NCBI RefSeq assembly: GCF_001194135.2
Contig: NC_068987.1
Location: forward strand, 78,454,317-78,487,014
DNA length: 32,698 nt
Origin: Octopus bimaculoides
Taxonomy: Eukaryota
Direction of reading: 5' to 3'
This document shows, piece by piece, positions 23,227 through 32,698 of the stretch. The notes beneath the pieces were generated by a model that was given only the letters and a program-made list of their open reading frames with translations, did not search any database and had not been told where the DNA came from. A program made the translations under genes and the position numbers. Every line of letters begins with the position of its first letter. Position 1 is the stretch's first letter.

Positions 23227-23604
23227 CTTCTACGTATTTCAGTCATTCAACTGCAGCTATGCTGGGATGCCACCTTGAAGGGTTCAAGAAAACGACCCAG
23301 GGATTTAATTGTTTTAAAGTCCGATAATATTTTATCGATCTCTTGCTGAGCCGCTAGTTATGGTAGTATAAACAGATCATTACGAAGTGACAAGCAGTAG
23401 GGTGAAACACAAACAGAAACAAAGCGACCTACACATATATGTATGTGCGTATATGTGTATGTGTATGTGCGTGTGTGTGTGCAACAGCTTCCGTACAGTC
23501 TACCACGACCATTTCCACTCACAAGGCATGGTTGAGACGGGGCTATGGTAAGAGACTCTTGCCCAAGTTGCCATAGTATGGGACTGGGTATGAAACCACG
23601 TGGT
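23227..23604 (-). mobile_element. Older copy of the same composite SINE, abutting the 22906-23226 copy head-to-tail
   Basis: CAGTCATTCAACTGCAGCTATGCTGG...CCTTGAAGGG ... CCACTCACAAGGC ... CTTGCCCAAG ... AAACCACGTGGT; the extreme 5' head is missing. Confidence 0.8.
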
Positions 23605-23619
23605 CCTAAATCGAGGTTC

Positions 23620-23683
23620 TTAATCCCTCATGTATGTCTGTATATATGTATGTATGTGCATATGTATGTATATATGTAAACAT

Positions 23684-23715
<32 letters not shown>

Positions 23716-23838
23716 NNNNNNNNNNNNNNNNNNNNNNNNNNNNNNNNNNNNNNNNNNNNNNNNNNNNNNNNATGTGTATATGTATGTATATATGTTTATT
23801 ATATGTATGTATATATATATGTATGTATATATATATGC

Positions 23839-23870
<32 letters not shown>

Positions 23871-23973
23871 GTGTATATGTATGTATATATGTTTATTATA
23901 TGTATGTATATATATATGTATGTATATATGTATATATGAATGTATATACGAATGTACATGTGAGTGTGTGTGT

Positions 23974-24045
<72 letters not shown>
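23620..24045. repeat. Compound TA/TATG/TG/GA microsatellite
   Basis: Directly visible; ends in a long (GA)n run. Confidence 0.95.
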
Positions 24046-24136
24046 GGGGGGAAAGAGAGAATGATTTAGTCACTGAGGGATGAGAGAGTGAATAATAGAT
24101 TGTGTGATTGGACGAGAGAAAATTAGAGATGTGTGT

Positions 24137-24229
24137 GTTTTGGAGAAGTAATTTTCGAGAAATGATTTTCCAGACAGTCTGAAAACTGAAATATATAATT
24201 ACATTTAATAACATCAATAGTATTAGTAA
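24137..24229 (-). repeat. Second (inverted) copy of the 15072-15164 repeat core
   Basis: See 15072-15164; similarity extends weakly upstream (GGTGAAGGTAACGGGATGGTG vs GGTGGAGATGGGGAAATGGCT). Confidence 0.8.
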
Positions 24230-25246
24230 ATATAATAACATTAAAACTATAATAATTACCACCACAAGCACCATCCCGTTACCTTCACCAGCACAACCTA
24301 TATCAAAATTAATATCAATTGAAACAACAAATTAATCAACACATCAACAGCAAAGGCCATTGGCGCAGACACTTCCTCCAGACCAAACCATAAAAAAAGA
24401 AAAGAATCAATTTCTTTCCTTTATTCTCACTTCAGAGTTTAATTCAGAATAATGCGATTCATTGATTTAGGACTTGACATATGATGCAAAGTTTTGGAAA
24501 ATACAAAATCGCTCTCGATAATTAGAGAAAGCAGACCAATTATACACGCATATAGCATATACAGATATATACATACANNNNNNNNNNNNNNNNNNNNNNN
24601 NNNNNNNNNNNNNNNNNNNNNNNNNNNNNNNNNNNNNNNNNNNNNNNNNNNNNNNNNNNNNNNNNNNNNNNNNNNNNNNNNNNNNNNNNNNNNNNNNNNN
24701 NNNNNNNNNNNNNNNNNNNNNNNNNNNNNNNNNNNNNNNNNNNNNNNNNNNNNNNNNNNNNNNNNNNNNNNNNNNNNNNNNNNNNNNNNNNNNNNNNNNN
24801 NNNNNNNNNNNNNNNNNNNNNNNNNNNNNNNNNNNNNNNNNNNNNNNNNNNNNNNNNNNNNNNNNNNNNNNNNNNNNNNNNNNNNNNNNNNNNNNNNNNN
24901 NNNNNNNNNNNNNNNNNNNNNNNNNNNNNNNNNNNNNNNNNNNNNNNNNNNNNNNNNNNNNNNNNNNNNNNNNNNNNNNNNNNNNNNNNNNNNNNNNNNN
25001 NNNNNNNNNNNNNNNNNNNNNNNNNNNNNNNNNNNNNNNNNNNNNNNNNNNNNNNNNNNNNNNNNNNNNNNNNNNNNNNNNNNNNNNNNNNNNNNNNNNN
25101 NNNNNNNNNNNNNNNNNNNNNNNNNNNNNNNNNNNNNNNNNNNNNNNNNNNNNNNNNNNNNNNNNNNNNNNNNNNNNNNNNNNNNNNNNNNNNNNNNNNN
25201 NNNNNNNNNNNNNNNNNNNNNNNNNNNNNNNNNNNNNNNNNNNNNN

Positions 25247-25277
<31 letters not shown>

Positions 25278-25882
25278 TATACATATATATATATATATGT
25301 TTCGTGGCAATTGAGTTGTTTTGACTCTTATTTCTAGCAATACTGGTGCTGATTAATGGCCTTTGTCTCTTACTGACCACTATCTTTCTGCCTTTAGGTT
25401 GCAAAATTGCGAATAATATCATATAAATGTGTGTGTGTAAGTATGTTTGTACGTATCTTTGTATATAAATAGTTTACTTTTCCGTTAACATAAGACCAAT
25501 TATTTCTCTCTCACCATCAGGTGAGAGAGAAATATTTTTTTAACGTACACTGTATATAGTTATGAGCTACTAACAGTTTCATACTTTGAAAACATGATAT
25601 TAGCAAGTTTTAAAATAAGCCATCTCAGGTTGATCCCTGGGCTCTGGGCACATGACCTATATAAGTTACAAATGAGGGCAATAGAACAAGAGAAATCCCG
25701 AGGAAGAGACGAGATGAAGGTGGGTTCAAAAAGTGGAATGGTGGGAAACAAGGGAAAAAGAAAGAAGGAAAGAAAGATCACATAAATAAAAAATTATATT
25801 CTCTTTGTTATCTTCACTTTGAGTCGTAAGGCTAGGTGTTATAGAATCAATTGATGTGGTCTAATGTCTGCGATACACCTGC

Positions 25883-26036
25883 TCAATCTGGAGAGGTTGG
25901 TGTTCTCCAATTTCCCAAAAGAAACGTGTCCACATGTTTGTATTTGCTGTAAATTTCTGATCTGGTACTCAACAATACTGTGGAATTCTTAGATCTAAAG
26001 ATTTGTAAAAGTTTGTAAAACCATTATTAATCAGAA
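25883..26036 (-). mobile_element. C-terminal fragment of a Penelope-like (GIY-YIG) retroelement ORF
   Basis: Minus-strand frame ...KLLQIFRSKNSTVLLSTRSEIYSKYKHVDTFLLGNWRTPTSPD* resembles the PLE terminal motif LLN.RSE..SKCRH.NKFLL.N; truncated upstream by the SINE at 26041. Confidence 0.55.
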
Positions 26037-26040
26037 GGAA

Positions 26041-26242
26041 AAGGCAGGGAGCTGGCAGAACCGTTAACTCACACGATAAAATGCTTAGCAGTATTTCGTC
26101 CGCCATGACGTTCTGAGTTCAAATTCCACCGAAGTCGACTTTACCTTTGAGGATCAATAGAATAAGTACCAGTAAGTACAGGGGTCGATGCGATCGACGT
26201 CACCCTCCCACAAAATCTGTTAATCCTGTGCTTAATTTGAAC
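26041..26242 (+). mobile_element. OK-like SINE (tail type A)
   Basis: AAGGCAGGGAGCTGGCAGAACCGTT, B box GAGTTCAAATTCC, AATAGAATAAGTACCAG...GGGGTCGAT; the usual TCATCCTTTCG segment is deleted. Confidence 0.85.
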
Positions 26243-26375
26243 GTGCGCATTCCGATACATCAGGCCTTTTGCTGGGGTCTGTTTAATGATATTAACAATT
26301 GGGTCATTTTAATTTTTATTTCATTTTTTAACTTTTACTGCTTAATCTGACGTCAGCCTGATCGAGCAAGAAAAT

Positions 26376-27026
26376 ATTCTTTTCTACTTTAGGCACAAGG
26401 CCCAAAATTTTTTGGGGAGGTGGTCAGTCATTTAGATCGACCCCAGTACACAAAGAGTACTTGATTTGTCGAACGCGAAAGGATGAAAGGCAAAGTTGAC
26501 CTCAGCGGAATTTGAACTCAGAAGGTAAAGACTGACGAAATACAGCTAAGCATTTCGCCCGGCATGCTAACGTTTCTTATTTCTTTACTGTCCACAAGGG
26601 GCTACACACAGAGGGGAAAACAAGGAGAGACAAGGAAATTAAGTCGATTATACCGACCCCAGTGCGTAACTGGTACTTATTTAATCGACCCCGAAAGGAT
26701 GAAGGGCAAAGTTGACCTCGTCGGAATTTGAACTTAGAACGTAGCAGCAGACGAAATACCGCTAAGCATTTCACCTAGCGTGCTAACGTTTCTTATTTCT
26801 TTATTGCTCACAAGGGGCTAAATATAGAAGGGACAAACAAGGACAGACAAAGGGATTAAGTCGGTTACATCGACCCCAGTGCGTGACTGGTACTTAATTT
26901 ATCTACTCCGAAAAGATGAAAGGCAAAGTCAACCTCGGCGGAATTAGAACTCAGAATGTAACAGTAGACGAAATACCGCTAAGCATTTCACCCGGTGCGC
27001 TAACGTTTCTGCCAGCTCGTCGCCTT
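26376..27026 (-). mobile_element. Three head-to-tail OK-like SINEs (26376-26577 tail A; 26578-26793 and 26794-27026 tail B)
   Basis: Three repeats of GACCCCAGT...GAAAGGATGAA...GGAATTTGAACTCAGAA...GCTAAGCATTTC...GCTAACGTTTCT (consensus, with scattered mismatches); only the right-most copy has the first ~15 nt of the head. Confidence 0.95.
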
Positions 27027-27568
27027 GTTGGTAAGAATATTGTATAAGCATACATTAAAAAGTGTGACTGAGCAGAGGACAATAGGGAATACTTTTGGCT
27101 TATGTTTTATTTTTCATTAATTTATTTACTTTCTTAAGTGAAATTAGCAATTAGCGAATAAAGTCGAACACCTTATTAATATGAGGGATAAATATGATAC
27201 ATAGCAGGAAATAATATTTTTTGCCAATCCTTTGTTTTTGTATATATTATTACAGTGCAACGAATGGAGCCAAACTCCCTACTGATATTCATTAAAACTG
27301 GGCGATATTAGAGTTCGTTGTTGCTATTGGATATGTAATCCATTTGGTTTCTGTTAGAAATGCAATGATTGGATGCATTATGCTGAATACATGCTGTAAG
27401 CCGTCAATATGAGGGTTGTTGATTCACATCTGACTCTTTCTTAGAATTCTTTTGGTTTGTGCATGATATTATGAAGTGTTTCCTATTTAGATGCTCAATG
27501 TTTTATTAGGCTTTAAAATTATTACCATCGTTTCCATTTTCCAGATTTTGGATATTCGGAAGTGTTAG

Positions 27569-28857
27569 CATGAGATGTTAAAATGGCGTGTGTAATAATT
27601 CCCTTGGGCATTAACTGTATATTTATGGTCGTATCAGTCCTCGGGGCGTCTCTTGTGACTGGAAGGAAGGAAGGAATAGGTCAATCCCCCCCCCCTAGGT
27701 GTCGCGATTGGTGCCTCCTGTTGCATAGAATCTCGCTCTCTCATTCCCTCTCTGTCTCTCTCTCTCTATCTCAATAGATAGAGAAATGCACTATATATGT
27801 GTGAGTGTATGTATAAGCAACAAATGCATGCGTATATACACGCGTGCACGCAGTGCATACTGATACACAGATACATAAATCTCAAAGTAACTTGGGTAGT
27901 GATATTGTTAATAGAAAAAGATCTAACCGACATATAACGAACGTTCATCCAGTTTGCTTGCTAAAGCTTAATACAAAATTAAGCAGTGACATTATATAAA
28001 GCTTACCACCATAGATTTTTACAGAAGTACAGAAAATATGTGAAGGCATAATAATGCTTGTGACATTTGATAAAATGCAAAAAAGGTTCATGAATTTTTC
28101 ATAATTAATAATAAACTCTAGACATAATGACTACAACACAATATTGGCTGCTAACAAAACCTGGAGAATATTTCTCCAAGAAATGTATCTAGTATTAATT
28201 TTATTATTGATCTGGAGAACTGTTTCGGATTGAAATATCGACAAAAATATAATAAAAGAATTAAATTAAAGGCAGGGTTTGCACTGTATTAATGACTTGC
28301 CGGTGTCTTTCGATGGAAAAGTACCAGGAACCGCAGCTGCACTACCTATAAATCAGATTCTTGTAGAAAAAAGTCACGTAGGATATAATATTCGCTGCAT
28401 GTAAAAAAAGGAATTTCAATTTAAAGAGATGTGGCAGGCAGTGTGACGCTTGCTATTTTGTTATCTTTTATTTGTTCCAGTCATTAAACTGATTATGGTG
28501 AAGACGGTGGCAATGAAAAAGATATACACCTAAATAACCAAGCAACCAACCGCACATGTACACACACACACATGCACACACATGAAAGGATTCCGCACAG
28601 TTTCCGTCAACAAAATCCCCTCACAAAACATTGGTCAGCCCGAGGCTATTGCAGAAGACACTTCTCAATGTCGCTCAGTGAGACTGAACCCCAAAACATG
28701 GTTGCAAAGTGAGTTTTTAACCCTAAGATCTTTAACATGAGATGTGAAAAAGGCGAGTGTGATAATTCCCTCGGGTGTTAAGTGTATATTTATTGTCGTG
28801 TCAGTCCTCAAGGTGTTTTTTGTGTCTGGTGGGAAGGAAGGAAGGAAGGAATAGGTC
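27569..28857 (+). repeat. Pair of ~115-120 bp direct repeats (27569-27682, 28736-28857)
   Basis: CATGAGATGT...ATAATTCCCT.GGG..TTAA.TGTATATTTAT.GTCGT.TCAGTCCTC...(GGAA)n-TAGGTC; about 16 mismatches over the first 94 aligned bases. Confidence 0.85.
28583..28722 (-). mobile_element. 5' half of composite CORE SINE, decayed
   Basis: CAGTTTTCCGTCAACAAAATCCCCTCACAA...GCCCGAGGCTATTGCAGAAGACACTT...GACTGAACCC...CATGGTTGC. Confidence 0.75.
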
Positions 28858-29644
28858 TATTTAATAGAAGGAATGAAGGTGCATTAACTTAACATTTGTC
28901 TTTCCCCCTATAATAATTTTGAGAAAAATTATGTTTAGATGCTCTTACAAAACATCTTAAACTTAGTGACGTTTTGACAACTTTGTGGTTTATTATCTTT
29001 ACATGATTATTATAGTTTTAAAAGCTTTGTTTAAGAATGAAGATTAGTGCTCTCATGACCTTTTTGATGGTGTTTCGTAACTGGAATGAAACGTGATAAA
29101 TATATTCGGTGTTGAGACTGAAGATCTGTTCTCAATATATATATATATATGGTGGTTGTCTACTCCTTAAACAGAGTTTGACCACCTCCTGCACCTACAC
29201 CTTAGCCCTTTCATGGCGTCTGATGTGGCTTTTTAAACCAGACAGTGCTCTGAATACATATATAAAACAATGTGGTTTACGCTAAAAAACTCAAAGAACG
29301 TAGTCATGTGTTAAGGCGAGAAGTAGAATAAGTGTGCCATTCAGATTAAGGACTGATTCTTCTCCGAGCCTCGGTGCAGATTCCTCTATAAAATATTCAC
29401 TTACAAGAAGCTATGGGGTCTCCTGGACAGGATAGAAGTTACTTTGTGTATTGTGTAGTAGGATTTACCTCTACACTATATAGTTGTGGAGCGAACTTAT
29501 CTGCTTTACCTTGTGCCTGCTCATCTTTTGCTTGAATGATTTTTTTTGCTGTTTTCGCAATACAATTCAGATGATTTGTAGATATGTTTATTATATAACG
29601 AAATATCTTTCTGTTTACTTTTGTACAATTAAGCTATTGGAATG

Positions 29645-29760
29645 TGAGAATACTGGAGCGCCACCTTTGAGAGGTTTAATTGATGATATCAAGCCTGCAA
29701 ATTATTCTCTTCTCTTGCTAAAGCGCTAAATTATGGGGTTGTTAAACATCCATTTTAGCA
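29645..29760 (-). mobile_element. Decayed 3' fragment of composite SINE
   Basis: TACTGGAGCGCCACCTTTGAGAGG ... GCTAAATTATGGGG resembles 16845-16945 and 22955-22980. Confidence 0.5.
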
Positions 29761-29893
29761 AACGCAAATACACAGACATATATCTATGTATTTATAAATG
29801 TATGTATGTATGTATCTATCTATCCTTCTATCTACTCACACACACGCGTACGCACACATACACAGACGCGTACGCACACATACACACACGCGT

Positions 29894-29929
<36 letters not shown>

Positions 29930-31494
29930 TATTGGATTTGCACAGTCGTTAGATTTTCGGACAAATTATTTTTGTTCCAAGTTAGAACCCTAAAATCTCA
30001 TAAAGGTCAGCCTTCTGATTCATATCTTCTGAGTTCGGTAAAAGAGATTATCATTTAAGTCCATCTCTTTGCCAAATTTGTGGCATTCTGTGTAAAAGAA
30101 GTTATTATTATAATTGTTATATAGTTTATAGTTGATAATATTTTTTAACTCAATGTTAGACCGGATCGAACTTATATATGTAGCCAAAGGAATGCCAGCC
30201 ATTTTCTAGGTGTACCAATGATCCCATTATCTAATATAGCATATTTTTCTGAACATATGGTGTTTCTTTGAGGGAGATTCGCTGCTATTACAAATAGATT
30301 GTGTAACCATATATATACTTTTTTTGGCTCGATTAATAATTTTGAAGAAAAAGTTAAATTTTAATTTCATTTCTGCAACCGGAGTCTTTTTATAGCTACA
30401 GGTCGTTACTTTCGTAAGACCTGACAAGTACCAACATTTATCATTGATTTAATATATTTAACATGTCCAGAATAGTAAACTGGAAAAGGGAATACTATAC
30501 AGAAGGATTTTCTAATATTGATGCATCTCACGTGGATATAAGTTAGTCACGAAACTCTAAAATTCCCAAGATACTTTGACAGGGAACTAATCTGTTCGAT
30601 TTTGTCAGAAACTACGTTTATAGTTACAGAATTCAAAAGTGGCATTAAGATAGATACGTGTTTCGCTGATGCTGTTGAACAGAGGCTACACAAAAAGAAA
30701 AAAAGACGATGAAGAAAAAATAACAAAACAAACTAAGCACCAATTGAATACAAAACGATGCTAAAATAGAGGTGTTAGCGAGAAGGCGGTAGGTAAGGGT
30801 GTGATACAAATGTGGAAAAATACATATATATATATAAATAGGAAAATAAAAAACAGCAGGAGTGGAATAGTGAAAGTGAATAAAAAGAGATAGAGGCGTG
30901 GAAATGACATAGAGAAAAAGAGAAACAGAGGAAGACGAAGAAAAGGAGTATGAGAAATAGAGAGAAAGCTGGTGTGTAACGGTAATGATAGCAAAGAATA
31001 GAATGAAATTTAACAAAATGAAATGTCTGTAATTGAATTTTATAGCCTTAAGCAGGAGCAGAACTCTTGTTTTACCTCTTTTAAGATGCCATTGTTTTTG
31101 CTTCTGTTATGCGTTTATTTAGTCTAATTAAAACTTTTCATCACCTTCGTGTGTTGGTTTCAAAAGTAGTCCTTTTGATTTTGTCTGCAACGGAGGTAAT
31201 TCTGGTGCAGTAATACTGATATATAATATAATTATTAATATCAGGCTGCTCTCAGCGGGTTTCCTTGCAGAGAAAAATAAAACACAAGAAAAAAAGTTTA
31301 TAGAAAGACGAGATATAGAGGGAGAGTTGGGAGGGAAACTGAAAGAAAGAGATAGGTGAGGTGAGGAAGAAGAAAAAAAGATTGCAAATAATAACAGGCA
31401 GGCTTTATTCGCTCTATCCTGAGGGCTAGGCTAGGCGCTGATTATGCATGGGTTGGAAAAGGGTGTCGGATAAATTATTAGGCTGTGGACTTAC

Positions 31495-31965
31495 GCTTGT
31501 CGGTCGTAGCTTCGGTTCAGGCTATGGCAATGGCGGATGGTGCAGTACGATTGCCAGCAACAGGGGTACGAGGAGGTTGACAAGAAGGAGAGAGAGAGAG
31601 AGAGAGAGAGAGTGAAAAAGAGAGAATTTCTGAGCGATAGAGACTGAAGGAAGGAGAAATAAAGAGATAGAAGAAACAATCTAAGATGTATTTCAAAGAT
31701 AAGCAAAAGAGAAAGAGAATGAAAGATGAAGCATTTAACAAATTGAGAGAGATAGAGAGGTACTGTGTAAAGAAAAAAAAAAGAAAAAGAAAAGAAAAGA
31801 AGAACAGAGGAAGTATCTGAAGGAGAGAGGAAAAGTAAATGAAGACGTGAGTGGGACGTTGGTGACATCGGTAACAGGGGTGGAGTAAAGTGCGGCTCTC
31901 GTGATGCAGCTGTTGTAGCGACTGTGGTGTTAGGAGTCTTGGCTCCAAGGGTGGTTCACAACTTC
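31495..31965 (-). other. Candidate exon (possibly 5' UTR) of a minus-strand transcript
   Basis: Acceptor CTTGTTTCACAG|G (exon start 31965) and donor CAAGC|GTAAGT (exon end 31495) bracket two GC/CpG-richer unique blocks and a CT-rich tract; no homology recognised. Confidence 0.25.
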
Positions 31966-32232
31966 CTGTGAAACAAGTTTTCTTTGTAATTTAAAATAAG
32001 GGGTAAAAATAGGGGTAGAATTTACTGGCTTTTCAATATCCCTCGTAGTCCAGTTAGGTTTCGCCGTTTGACCAGTTATTTATCGTCTCAGTTTTCGAGT
32101 TTACTTTTGCGAGGCAACAGCAGGAAAGGTTGTAAAGGTTACAGAGCAAAAATTTAATACAAGAACGGGTTTGAAACAAGTGCCGAACATCCCATAACTG
32201 GTAGAATGAATAAAGATTTCACACGTACGCAA

Positions 32233-32279
<47 letters not shown>

Positions 32280-32599
32280 TACACACACACAAACATACAC
32301 ACACACACACACACTCACGCACAAACGCACATGCTCATGCGCATAAATACATGCATAAATGAACATAAAAATATACACGCATGTGAGTGCACGTTTGCCA
32401 ACAGTGTTTATTAATTGTAATAAAACACTTTGAGTTGAACTATGTCATATTTCTATATGACTCTATCACATCAATCTATTTTCCGTGTTCAATAATGGGG
32501 AAGTGATGACAGCGCAGGCGAGAAACTTTACAGTAATAGAGCTGTTTAGAATCACACTCAGAAACGAGTGGTCATTAAAGTTTCAGAAGAGAAAAATTA

Positions 32600-32614
32600 T
32601 TAATAACAATAATG

Positions 32615-32672
<58 letters not shown>

Positions 32673-32682
32673 TAATAATAAT
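32600..32682. repeat. (AAT)n microsatellite
   Basis: Directly visible. Confidence 0.97.
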
Positions 32683-32698
32683 AGTTTCTTTTATTTTT

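Noticed and set aside
3508-25422. Long ORFs of 180-367 aa in the track
   Set aside because: They are open only because they run through N-gaps and TA/TG/CA microsatellites (poly-X, YI, CV, HT repeats).
26376-27026. Repeated units resembling a CRISPR or satellite array
   Set aside because: The units are ~200-230 bp SINE copies with Pol III boxes; there are no short repeat-unique spacer alternations and no cas genes.
31517-31948. 143-aa minus-strand ORF as a membrane protein; also EVVNHPWSQDS* as a kinase-like terminal exon
   Set aside because: The hydrophobic content comes from CT-rich low-complexity sequence, and the HPW match is too short to support a kinase call.

Overview
This is AT-rich eukaryotic draft-assembly DNA, very rich in microsatellites, with 10 N-gaps (about 4.1 kb, roughly 13% of the window). 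The SINE repertoire and repeat landscape point to a cephalopod, probably Octopus (inference from recalled OK/OR1/OR2-type SINE architecture, not from a search). I find no confidently supported protein-coding gene, rRNA, functional tRNA or CRISPR array; nearly every ORF in the supplied track is a microsatellite or gap artefact. The window looks intronic or intergenic and is a patchwork of mobile-element remnants. These are about 15 tRNA-derived SINE copies from 3 families, an internally deleted DD37D (maT-type) Tc1/mariner with both TIRs, a Helentron-type non-autonomous element, a LINE 3' end, a Penelope-like ORF tail and several unassigned repeats. The most interesting observations are: a minimal hammerhead-ribozyme core (5178-5204) inside a partial direct repeat; a decayed tRNA enclosed by ~90 bp inverted repeats (4343-4637); SINE head-to-tail arrays with identical junctions, facing an inverted copy (26041-27026); a composite two-module SINE whose 7 copies all lie on the minus strand; and a speculative minus-strand spliced transcript starting near 31.9 kb. 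I cannot claim a new biological system from this sequence alone.
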